Below are positions 1-12,800 of a stretch of 64,000 nt of DNA, piece by piece. Every line of letters begins with the position of its first letter. Positions within the stretch are counted from its first letter, which is position 1. The stretch lies in NCBI GenBank assembly GCA_943704425.1, contig CALSCP010001670.1, forward strand, positions 86,266 to 150,265, read 5' to 3'. Under the pieces are notes generated by a model. That model was not told the origin of the DNA, searched no databases, and saw only the letters and a program-made list of their open reading frames with translations. Position numbers and translations under genes: made by a program. The DNA comes from Ministeria vibrans ATCC 50519 (lineage: Eukaryota; Protista; Filasterea).

Positions 1-702
1 GTGTTGCGGATGCGTTGCCGATGGGTGTGCCGAGCTGGCTTTAGCGGTAGCGTGGGCCTCGAGGAAGGCAAGGGACTGTACGGCGTCGTGAACAACGGAC
101 AGAAGACGAGCGGTGGTGTCGGACTCGGTGAAGGCAACGGCAACGGCAGGGTAGGCACAGAGCGAGCTGAGCAACGAGACGAGAAGGGCGGATGATTCGG
201 CGACCGAGAGACCAGACGACGTGTTGACGTGCGGCGCGAGGTCTGGCACAAGACATGCCTGATGGCCATTGTGTTGCTGAGACTGTAGCTGTTCTTGTAG
301 AACGGAGGCGAGGGGAGCGAGAGGTGGAAGGGCGTCAACTTGACACGGTCCGAAAAACCGGATGGAACTGTCGAGCAAGGTGGAGGAGTCGTCGCGGATT
401 CGTTGGGGCCAGAGTAGACAGTGGTGCAGTACGGTGGCGAGAACTAGAGCAAGCTCGGAGAGGAGGGAAGCGCAAGCAGACGAGCGGCGTCGCGCAAGAG
501 TGTTACACGCAACAAGCACTCGCGTGGTGGTCGACGACGAGGCACGCGACACGACCTGCGCCGCGCTTGACGCCTCGGCAAAGGTCTCAATGAGCTCCTG
601 AGCGAGCGACGTGAGGATGGCGTTGGCGAGGGGATCCGGCAGAAAGCTGTCAATGATATCGTCCAACGCGTCGAGCATTGGCAAGAGGGCCTCGTCGCCG
701 CG
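1..702 (-). CDS. Open exon (234 codons, runs off the window) encoding a Leu/Ala/Ser-rich, probably alpha-helical polypeptide. It is either the continuation of the EGF gene or part of a different gene.
   Basis: Acceptor cttgctAG ends at 703, then a stop-free frame RGDEALLPMLDALDDIIDSFLPDPLANAILTSLAQELIETF...HPQH to base 1. It has no EGF-type Cys pattern. Confidence 0.55.
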
Positions 703-833
703 CTAGCAAGGGGAAGCGGGTGAGTCGTAGTCGTGAGCGAGTGAAGGATGCACACGCAGAAGAGAGACAGAGAGAGAGAGAGAGAGATTTTGCGCAACAG
801 AAAAAAAAAAAAAAAAAAAAAAAAAAAACGTAC

Positions 834-3800
834 CTCATCAATATCCATCTCACATCTTGATCCAGTGTGTCCCAGCGTACACGCACACACAAACTGCGCC
901 GTCTGGTCTGTACACGTACCACCATTCTGACATGGCATCGACGCACACTACAGAAAAATAACATCAGACAGGCGACTTACACACATGAAATAACTGCTAT
1001 AATTTTTGGTACCTCATCAACATCTTGAGCACACTGAGGACCGACGTAACCGGGAGCACAGGCGCACACAAAACCAAGTCCGTCGTTGGAGCAGGTGGCG
1101 CCGTTGACACAAGGAGCAGACGAACATGCGTTGACGTCGATGGCGCCTACCACCGACGGGGCGCTGAGGGTGCCACAGGCAACGTCCACGCCGCACACCG
1201 CCCGCCGTCGACCCGTCGTCGTCGCCGGCTCACTCGTCAGTGTCCATGATGCTGCACCCGCGCCACTCAGCTCGGTCGTGTACACGCGTCCGTTGACATT
1301 GTTCGACACAAGCGTAATGGTGACAGCAACCGGAAGGCGGAACGACCCCGGCAAGGCGGGCGCCGTAATAGCATACGTGGGCAGCTGCACGGTTCCGTGG
1401 GTAGGCGTCGGTGGCAGATTGGTCGTGCGCGTGTCCACAAACACCGTCACGGGCGCCGTCACCGAATTGGCCGGGAACACCAACCGAAGCTGGCCCGTCA
1501 CGATGACCACGCCGCTCACGTCAACAATGCCTCCTGCACGCTCACAGTGCTCCCCAACAAAATTTGCCGGACACACACACGTGTACATGTTGACACCGTC
1601 AACACACGAGGCGCCATTGACACACGGGAATGAATTGCACTCGTTAATGTTCGTCTCGCACAGCGTACCGGTAAAGCCTGGCACACAACCACACACAAAC
1701 TGGTTCGGCTGCGGCTCGCTGCACGTTGCGCCATTCAAACACGGTCGCGAGGCACACTCTCCAATGTCCTGTGAACAGGTCGCACCCGTGTGGCCCGGCA
1801 CACACGTACACGTAAAGCCACCGGGCGACCCTGTCATTGACGTGCACGTCGCGCCGTTCACGCACGGACCGCTCGCACACTCGTTAATGTCGCTCTCGCA
1901 TTGTGTTCCAGTGTAGCCATTCGGGCACACGCAAAAGTACAGCCCAATGCTCGTTTGAGCACAGGTCGAACCATGCTGGCACGGCGAACTCGCACACTCG
2001 TCAACCGTTGCCTCACATCGTGTGCCCGTGTACCCCTGCACACACGAACAGATGTACTGGCCCGACACCGGTTCGCTACACGTCGCGCCGTTAAAACACG
2101 GCGACGAAAGACACTCGGCAAAATCCTGCTCGCACAACACACCGGTGCGTCCCACCGGACACCCACACGCAAACATACCCAGCTGCGGCTGGCTGCACGA
2201 ACCACCAGCAAAACACGGCTGCGACGCGCACTCGTCAATGTCCACTTCGCACTGACCGCCCGCAAGACCCGCGGGACACACACAGTGGAAACCTCCCGCC
2301 GGCAACTCGGTACAGGTGGCGCCGTTGAGGCACGGCGAAGAGACACAGTTGAGAACGGGTGTCAGACACTGCGCATCGGTGAAGCCTGCCTTGCACGCAC
2401 ACACAAACATGCCAAGCTGAGGCTCCGAACAGGTGCCACCGTTGGCACACGGATTAGAGCCACACTCGACCAGGTCCTGCTCGCACTGAGCCCCGGTCAG
2501 ACCTGCCGGACATACACACAGATATTGACCGGGCACCGGCTCGGAGCACACACCGCCGTTGACGCACGGCATTGACGTACACTCGAGGAAGTCCATTTCG
2601 CACAAAAGTCCGGTAAATTGTGGCAGACAGTTGCACGAAAAGGCACCCGTCACTGGGTCTTGGGCGCAGCCACCCGAATTCTGACACGGCGACGACGCAC
2701 ACCCAAGCACAACCTGATCGCAGGTGTTGCCGGTAAACATCGCTGTGCACCCACACGTAAACTGGCCGGGTGTCGGCTCGCTGCATGTTCCGCCATTCAG
2801 ACACGGCTGAGACGCACATTCGGCAAAATCTTGCTCACAGTGGACACCCGTAAAAGCCGCCGGACAGCTGCACACATACTGAAGGGGAATGCCCGTGAGC
2901 GACCCCTCGCACACTCCACCGTTGACGCACGGAGACGAATCACAGCCAGTGAGAGCCGTCTCGCACAGCTCGCCCGTGTACCCTGCGGTACATTGGCATG
3001 TGACACCCCCCGAGGGATTCGAGCTGCATCCACCGTCATTCTGGCAGGGTGACGACAAACACGCGCCAATGGGTTGGTCACATAGGGTCCCGGTGAATCC
3101 GGTGGCGCACGAGCACTCAAAGGAGCCCACCAACAGTTCAAGACACGTACCCTGGTTTTGGCACGGCTGCGAGGCACATTCAATCACTTCGAGCTCGCAA
3201 AACACACCGGTGTAGCCGTTGAGACAGGCGCACGACACGTCGGCTTGAGCATTCTCGCGACAAGACCCGCCATTGGAACACGGCGTGGACGCACAGCCCG
3301 TGGGCGCAACACCTGTCGGCTCGACCACCGCCGGAGCACTGGTGGGCTCGACCATGGGCGCCGCCGCCGTCGTGACCGGACTGGGCGATACCGGACATGC
3401 GTTGGGCATGCGACGTGTCGGCGCTGCAAGCTCAAACGAGACGCTACCGTTGGTGGGATTCACACATCGCTGGACACTCGTTGTAAGTGTCTCGGCCACG
3501 TTCACCATCACGGCACCCGGAAGGGCATCAAAAAGAGCGCTCGTTTGCTGCTGACTGGCTGTCGAGGCACCCGTGACGGTGTACACAAGCACATCCAAAA
3601 GATTGAGTTCCGACACGGGCGCGCCCACCGGATAGAAAGAAGACGGACTCTGATAGAGGACGACCGCGGCAGACTCCGGCAACGAGTCACTCACAATAGT
3701 CGCTTCGCGCGTGCCGGAAATACCGACAACAGCAAAACCCGCACTGTCCGTCGTGGTGCCCTGCAGGTCAGTCGATGACACGACAAGCCCTGTTGCACCA

Positions 3801-4801
3801 CTGTACACCACGAGCGAGAGACCATTCATGGTCGCATCCCCACTCGTGCTCACCAGCTCGACAAATTTGCCGTCGGCGGGGTTCACAAGTGCATCAATCT
3901 CATTCAGGAAAATCGTCTGAATCTGTCGACAGTAAGCGGCATTGGGCACACCAGGAGTCACCTGGTCCGCCTGTGTGGCCGACCAGGTGAGCTGATCCAG
4001 ACGAAGTTGGCCACAACGCGCAAGAGAAACATCCCCATTCGTCTGCGTGGGCAACTCCACCAGGCTTTGCGACGGCACAAGGGTCTGCAACAGTCCGGCA
4101 ACACCGCCCGCGAGCGAAGTCGTCGACGAAGGACCAATCACCACCGCATCGTACAGATTGGTGGCCGTAACCAGCGTACCCTTTGGGAAACCACTAGGCG
4201 CACTGCGGTAGATGGCAATGGCCCCTGGCGAAGGAATCGAGCTAAAAGGCAGCGCCACATTGACAAGGGGTGCCGAGGAGAACCCCTGCCCAAATGACAC
4301 AAGACCGGCGGACGCGTCGGTGCGATAGGACGACAGGTCAAAGGGTTCCGAAACAGCTTCGCCCATAGCATTGTACACGACAACAATGTAGCCAGCAAGT
4401 GAGAAGTTGCGCGCCTCGGGCGTCGACGAAATCTCCATGAGCGTCATACCCGATGAGAACACCAGCTCGTTCAGCATAACGCCAGGACACACATTGAGGG
4501 CGCCCGGTGTGGGAAGGCTCACGTGAATCGACGATTGGTCGAGCGCAACAAAGACACAGCGGCTCATCGACTGAACATCACCACGTAAATTTCGGCCCTC
4601 CGACACGACCTGCTGGCCGGGTAGCAGCGCTGACAAAAGCAAACTCGTCTGAGCGCCATTTGTGCCCGTCGTGTCATACACGACCGCATCTAGAAGGATC
4701 ACATCCGACGCCACGCTTCCTCGCGACGCCTCTGACGGTGGCGCCACTCCCGAGTATAGGGCAATTGCTCCTACGCACAAACAAACAATTATTAACAACA
4801 C

Positions 4802-4836
<35 letters not shown>

Positions 4837-7800
4837 TTACCTGCTCCGTTGACAATCACACCACATCCACCAAGAAAGTTGTCCTGCTCAATGTTTATGT
4901 CCTGCACACCACCCGTCAGATGACAGCCAATGACAAAGTAGCCGGAGGAGCGCGTGCGATGACCCGTCAGCGAGACACTGCGGTACAGCTCCCCCGCACT
5001 GTCGTACAAGGCCAAGATCAGGCCGTCGAGCGTTGTGTTACCGCGGCCGCCGTCAAATAGCTCGACAAATTCTCCCTCTTCGCCGAGGAAACCACTGTTG
5101 GGCACGGTCACCTCGACCTCATTGATAACGACACGCGGGCAGTCATTGAGCTGTGCCGGAGTCGGACGTCCCACCAAAAACTCGCGTAAGTCAAGCGCCT
5201 CATGGCCACAGCGACTGATCGACTCGGCCTCTTGCGCTCCATTGGTGCCTTCGCTCACAGCCATCTGTTGTGTCTGGCCCGGGAAGAGCGCACTGAGCAG
5301 TGCGGTCGAGCCTGTGGCCGCTCCCGTCGTGGAGTACACAAGTGCATCTTGCAGTCGCGTATCGGCGCCGCTCGCCACAGTGCCCACAGGGAAGTCGGCG
5401 GCACGCGCACCCTTGTAGACAGCAACCGCCCCCACGCCCTGCACGAGGGTGTTGTCGCCGAAATCCAGACTAGACGACGCAATGGCTGCCGTGCCCAACA
5501 CAAGCAGGCCCTGACCGTCGGTGCTCAGCAGATCCAGGTTCCACGCGGCATATGCCTGCGCAGTCGCGTCGTATGCAACCACCACAAAGTCCGAGACAGA
5601 TGCGTTCACCGAGTCCACGCCCGACGACAGCTCGATGAACTGCAGTGAGGGGGTGCCGGCCGCCAGACCCGCCTGGTCAATGTCCACTTCGTTGATAAAC
5701 AGAGTTGTGGCGGCCGTGACGGGGCACAGATTAGGTGCGGCGCGCGTCGGCGTCTGCAATTCGTACGACGTTTGGTTGCGCAGCGAGGGCGCACACCGCT
5801 GGAAGCTTGTTGCGGCCGTCTCGCCGGTGAGCGGCTGTTGGCCGGGCGTGAGAGCGTCTAGCAGTGCCTGAAGCCCGTTGGTGTTGCCACTGGCCGTGAC
5901 AAAAACGACAGCGTCAACAAGGTTCGCCTGAGTGGGTGGCGAGGCGGGGGGGAAGTCTTCGGGAGTGCCCACGTAGAGAGCAATGGCCCCATCACGTGCC
6001 AGTCCAATGAACGACGTAAAGGTCGCCACGTTAGCTGTACCTCCCAGGTTGCCTACGATGCCAAAGCCATTCGAGTCGAGCACTGCTGCACCCGTCAAAT
6101 CGACTGTATTGTACGACAGACCGGTCGCTGCGGAGAAGAACACGAGGACGAGGCCGTCGAGAGACGTGCCACCGATACCACCATCGTACAATTCAATAAA
6201 CTGGTCGGGCGTCGTCACGAATCCTACTGTAGAGGGTGTTCCGAAAATATCAATTTCGTTGATGAACACCGGATGAAGTGCCGGACACACGTTGGCGGCA
6301 TTCGCTGAGGTCGCCTGCTCCGCCGCCAGTGGCACCCATGCCATTTGATCCAGCGGCAGAAGCTCACAGCGCGCCAGGTACACGCTGGCCGGAGCGGTCG
6401 TATTAAGAGCGATAGCTGTGTGGTTGTGTGAGGAACCAAAGAGACCCGTGAACAGCGTGGTGGCGCCAGTGCTTGCGGGAGCATTGCCATACACCACGGC
6501 ATCATAGAGGTTTAGCGAGGTCGCAAGGGCACCCGTCGGGAATTGCGTAGCGTCCGCATGATAAAGGGCCACGGCAATGGCGTCGTCGCTAGCGAGCAGT
6601 AGCGGCAAGGCACTCAGCGATGCCTGCGTCGTCGACTGGCCCGTGCCCACCGTGAAAATACCCTGAGCGTTGGTGCGTTGTCCAACGAGCGAGATGGCGG
6701 GCGCCCGCGAACGACCGTTGGCACCAAACACCACCACGACAAAGCCGTCGAGCGCGTAGTTTGGCAAGTCGAGCGTAGATGTGATCTCCACCCAAGCCGT
6801 GGAGGTCGCAGAGGCAGCCACAATTTCGTTGAGCATTACACTTGGACAAATGTTGGCGGCGCCCGGCGTCGGCTGTGTCACATTGACCGTCGACTGATCC
6901 AGCACGGTGAAGAGACAACGCGAGAAGGACTCGTCAAAAAGAAGCGAATTGAAGTTGCCAGTTACGATAGCCTGGGCAGGCACAAATGCGTTGAGGAGAG
7001 TCGACGCCGCAGCAGCAGTGCCGGCGCCGGAGCCATCGTAGACAATGGCATCGAGTACGCTGGTGGACACGCCGTTGCCGAGACTGGCGACTTGCGGTGC
7101 TTCCGCGGCGCGAAAGAGTGCTACGGCTGCCACGCCGTTGGCAAAGACGGAGCAGCGATTGGCAAAGCCGCGCACTTCAATGTCGACGACGCCGTCGCCA
7201 GCGGGCAGACGGCAGCCCACAACAAAGTAGCCGGAGGCTCGTGTGCGGAATGCGTCCAACGACACTTGCAAGTAGCGGTTGCCTTGGGTGTCGTAAAAGC
7301 CCAGGACGAGACCGTTGAGCGACGTGTTGCCACGTCCACCATCGTACAGCTCGACAAACTCGCCGGTCTGTCCCAAAAGACCGTCGGTGGGCGTATCCGG
7401 TTCGATCTCGTTGATGACAATGGATGGGCAGATGTTGCGTCGGAAAGGCGTCGGCTGGGCAACGGTAAAGGCCGATTGCGTCATGGGCAGCGTCGAGTCA
7501 CAGCGCGAAATAGACTCGGCAATCGACGCGCCGTTTTTACCTTCGTCCACGGGCATCTGACCAAGGGCGTTGCCATAGAAGGTGGTCACGAGAAGCTGGC
7601 CCGCATTGGTACTGGTGCTGTCGTACACAAGCACGTCTACAAGGCGCGCGTCGGGGCCGGGTGCGGGCATGGAGCCAATGGGGAATTCGCTCGCAATGGC
7701 ACCTCGATACAGCGCAATGGCACCCACCGATACCTGCAGCGCAGCATCATGGAACACAACAAATGGGGCGGGTGTCACGGCTGCTGTGCCCAACAGCGCA

Positions 7801-9840
7801 ATGCCCGCCGTGTTGGTGAGCACACCGTCGAGGTTCCACGCGGCATAGACGGTCGCACTGGCGTCGTATGCGACCACAACAAAACCGCTGAGGGACACCT
7901 CACCAGCCGAGAGTGTCGAGCCGGCTTCCGTGACGGCACGCAACTCGATAAATTGCATGGAAGTGGACCCAGACACGAGCGACCCAACTTCGTCGATATC
8001 CACCTCGTTGATGACAAGTGAGCCCGCAAACGTAACGTTGGGCACAACAGTGGGCTGCGGCAACGACGTGGGCACGGCTGGTTCGACCACGGTCGTTGGA
8101 AGCGCACACTGTCGCACAGTGCAGTCGTTGGGACTGCGAGCGGTCGGTGGGTTCGACACAAAGGTGCCGTTGAGGCTGCGGGCCACGAGGACACATCGCT
8201 GCATGCTCTCGTCGTTTACCAGTTCACATGTGTCCTCGACGACAGGCGTCGAGCCGGGGCTGAATGCCGAGATAAGAACACTCATGTCGGGGGGCGCCAC
8301 TCCCGCAGGCGCTAGCACTGTGTTGTACGCAACCCCATCGACGAGGTTGCGCGACGACGCAAGCATACCAAAGGGGAAGTCACCAAAAGAGCCGACAAGA
8401 AGTGCAATGCCACCAGCATCCGGCAGCAAACCGGGCGGGAAGGTAAAATCACAAGGGCTGCCGTAGCTCGCGATACACGATGCTGGACCTCCAGTAGTGG
8501 CACCCACCAGGTAGTAGCCATTGGCGTCGGTGGTGGTGCCGCTGAGTGACGCCTGTCCGTACAGTGAACCGTGGCTGTCGAAGAAGGCAATGACAATGCG
8601 ATCGAGCGCCACATTGCCAATGCCACCATCATACAGTTCGACAAATTGGCTTTGACCGCCGACATTGACCACCTCAATCTCGTTGATGACGATGGGCGCC
8701 ACGGTGGGACACACATTGGCAATGCCGGGAGTGCCCGTCTGTACCTGATACCAAGAGAGCATGTCAAGGACAAGGAGCGAACAGCGCGCAACATAGAGCG
8801 TCGACTGCGTGACGTTTACGTCGAGTTGCGCCTGGCCAGTGGCCGGTCCAATCAGTGAGGTGAGCAGTGTGAAGGCATTCGAGGGGGGACCCGCTGGTCC
8901 ATACACGACAGCATCCACAATATTGATTGGGCTCACGGCGCCGCCCACGGGATAGCTGACACTACGACCACGGTAGAGAGCAACGGCCGCAACAGCCGTG
9001 TCGCCGAGCGGCACAAACAAGGGAATGCTCAAGGCAAAGTCGATGTTAGGCACGCTCGACGAGCCCATCACCATGTAGCCGTTGGCGTCGGTGGTGGCAC
9101 CCGATAAGTCGATAGAGGCGGTGATGCGGGCATTGGCGTCGACCACGACAAGGACGAAGCCGTCAAGGTTGAAGTTGGCAATGCCCTCGGAGCTCAGCTC
9201 GACATAGTTAGCGGTGGCTGTGCGCGAGACTTCGTTGATGAGCACCGACGGACAGCTATTTTTGACGCCTGGTGTGGGCACCGACAAAAACAAATTAGTC
9301 TGGTCGAGAGGCTCGAACAAACATCGATTGATGGAGGTTGTCAGAGCCGAGTTGGTTGCCGACTCGCTCACGGCGAGCTGTGAGTTGACAAGGGCCGCTT
9401 CAAGGGCCGCCTTTTTCGCGGCATTGGCTGTGCCACTTGTGTCGTACACAATTGCATCCAGCAGGGTGTAACCGGCGGCCGGGTTGCCTGGGTTGGCCTG
9501 GATAATGGGCTGTACGTCCGCAAACAGGTTGGTTGCGTTGTGCCAAGCAGCCTGCCACAGCACCACCGCGCCCAATCCATTGTTGAAGATGGAGCAGTTG
9601 GCTGCGGTCGACACAACAAGGACGACATTGACATTGGACACAAGCTGACAACCAAAGACAATGTAACCATCGGCAGGCGTCTGGAATCGACTGACATTCC
9701 ACAGGTGACTCAGCGTGCCATTCTCATTGTACAGACCAATCCATACGTCTGTCAGCGGCACCGCCCCTCGCCCTCCATCGTACACCTCGATAAATTCTTC
9801 CTCTTCATCCGAGCCAGTAATAGATCGTGTCTACAATGAT

Positions 9841-9875
<35 letters not shown>

Positions 9876-12800
9876 CTATTATTATTACGTCTTATTCATT
9901 CATATGTATATACGCTTTGTATAATAATGATGATTATAATTTAAATCTAATATTTTTCATCTTCGTTTTACCTGAATGTCGATTTCGTTGATGACAAGTC
10001 GCGGACAGGGGTTAGAGGCGAGCGGAGAGGGGCTGCTGACAATCCAGGCACCCTGTGACTTGGGTTGAAGGGTGCAACGCGACATGGACTCGGCAAGACC
10101 GTTGCCGCTGGAGTCTTCCTGTACCGGAAGAGTACCGAGCAGTCCCGGATAGAAGGTAGAGAGGAGGGTGGACGCGTCGGCGGCAACTGATGTTGTGTAG
10201 ATCAGGAGATCGGCAACGGACACAAGAGAAGCAGTCGGCATAACCTGACCAACAGTGAAGAGCGATGCGGGTGCAGCGGCCGAGTAGAGAGCAACGGCGC
10301 CAGCACCCGTCGCAAGTGCTCCGGTGGGAAAGGGAGCCTGAGCACCGAGAATAGTCGGAGAGCCGGCAAGCAGAAGGCCTTGATCGTCCGTCGAATGGCT
10401 AGACAGATCGACGATGGCCGTCACTGTTGCGTTAGAGTCGTAAAGCACCAGGGTGTAGCCGGTCAGGGGCATGTTCGGCTGAGACAAGTGCGACGTGACT
10501 TCAACAAATTGACTGGTTTGACCGCCGGCAGAGTCGACGTCCACCTCGTTCAGGAGCACGGGCACTGTGGGTACGGGCGCAGCCGTTGGCACGGGCGCGG
10601 CTGTTGGGACAGGTGTCGATGCTGCTGTGGGCGCAGGCGCGGCAGGGGTTGGGGTGGACATGGGAGGCTCAATAACGACGCCTGTTGCAGTTGCCACGGG
10701 AGGAGCAACCATGGTGACGGTGGGGGCGGCAACGGCGAGGGTGGGCGTGGCGACGGCGACGGTGGGTGTGGCCGAGGCTGCTGCAGCCACCACAGACGAG
10801 GCGGGTTCGGTAACATTGCAGTCGTTGGGCGCACGCAGTGTCGGTGGGGCAATGCGCACGTCAGCTAGGTCGAGGAGGAACGGCGCGCATCGCTGAATGC
10901 TCTCGTCGTTTGACAATTGGTTTGCATTCTCCGAAATGATGGGCTGTCCGGGCGCAAGTGTATCAATGAGCGACTGCAGAGCGGTTGTTGAGCCAGTGGC
11001 TGTTGTTCGGTACACTAAAGAGCAGCGAGAGTTGTTATTTCAATAATACGTCGTATTTTATAATGTTGTTGTTTTTCGTACCGATGGCATCGACAAGGTC
11101 GATGTGACGCGCCTGAGTGCCATCAGGAAAATCGTTTGCATCGCCAGCGTAGAGGGCAACTGCGCCATCGTTGGCGGTGAAGAAAGGGAAGAGAACGGGC
11201 AGAGTCACTTCGGGGTTTGCTGCGGCACTCGACGACACGATGAGGAAACCATTTGCGTCCGTTTTGAGTCCGTTCAAACTGAATGCTCCATACGAGTCGC
11301 CATCCTAAAACACATCGCACAGATAAAAGGAAAAAATGAAGAAAAATAAAAAGTGACAGATAAGAAGAGGGAGGGAAACAAAGAAAAAGCGAACGGGAGA
11401 AAGAAAAAAGGGATAAAAAAGAGAAGAAAAAAAAACACAAAACAAAAACAAAACAGAAAAAAAAGAGAGATAGAGGCGTGAGCTTGTGCGTCTGTTGCCT
11501 AATAATACAAACCTGATCAAAGAAAACAAGAACAAGTTCGGAGATGTTGACGGAACGACCGGGATTGCCCGTGTAAAGCTCGACAAACTTGTCTGCCTGA
11601 CTGAGCAAGCCTGCGCCCATGTCGATTTCGTTGATGAGCAAGGGAACTAGCCCCGAGCACAGGTTGCGACGGCCAGGCGTTGCTGACGCCGCCTGTAGCC
11701 AGCCCTCCTGCGAGAAAACCTCGTAGACGCACTGACTGGCCTGCACGCCTGCTGCGACGGCAGGCACTGCAAACTCGGCGGGGTTGGTATCGGTCGATAA
11801 CGCAGCAAGCAACAGTGCACCCGAAGTAGTACCATTACCCGGACCGTAGACAAAGGTGTCCACCAAACCGACCGTCTCGATGGAGGTGCCCGTTACAAAT
11901 TCATGAGCGTTGGGTCCGGCGTAGAGGGCGACGGCGGCCGACGAAGTCTTGCCCGAAGGCAAAGCTGCGAGTGCATGCTGGACGGTGGCAGTTGGAACGC
12001 TGCCGACGACAAGAAAGCCTTCGCCGTTGAACGAGCCCGATCCCAGCTCAATAGCGGGCATCAAGGCGTGTCCCTGATCGTCATACACGACAATAAAATA
12101 GTTTGAGAGGGACGCGTTGTTCGCGGAGGGGTCGAGGATCTCGATAAAGGCGGTCAGCGGTGAGGTGGCCACGACTTCGCTGAGAAACAGCGACGGGCAC
12201 GTGTTGGGCTCGCCGGGTGTGATGGCGACCTCCTCGACGGTACTGAGGTCAAAGGGTGTGTAGAGACAGCGCGAGAGACCAAGGCTGTCGCCAAGAAGGG
12301 CGGTCGGCTCGAGCGGAACAGGCAGGGTCGACGGCGACGACGGATAGAACGCAGCCAGCAGGGTCTGGGCGTTGGATGCGGTGGTGGCGTAAACAAAGGC
12401 ATCGATGAGAATGCTGTTGCGCACAGCCGTGGCCGGTGCTGCGGTCGCCTGGTACACGGCGACGGCACCTGTGTCGTCATCGAACATGCGGCACTCGGAA
12501 AAGGCATTAAAGATACCAAAGTCGACTTGGGGAACGTCGATGTCGGCGGCGGGCCCAATGCCGCAGCCAATGACAAAGAATCCATTGGTGTCGGTGGTGC
12601 GCCCATCGAGCGACCACTGAGCGGTACGCGTGCCCGCAGCACTGTACGTGGCAACGACGTAGCCTGTGAGGTTCGTCAGGCCCTTGCCGCCGTCGTACAG
12701 CTCGATGAACTCTGTTGTGTCAAGTGAAAGGATGTTGGTGGTCGATGGTTCCACTTCGTTGATGACAAATCGTGGACAGGCGTTGATGCGACCGGGGCTG

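Noticed and set aside
694-702. RGD tripeptide right after the last EGF exon
   Set aside because: A single tripeptide at a junction that may be an assembly artefact.
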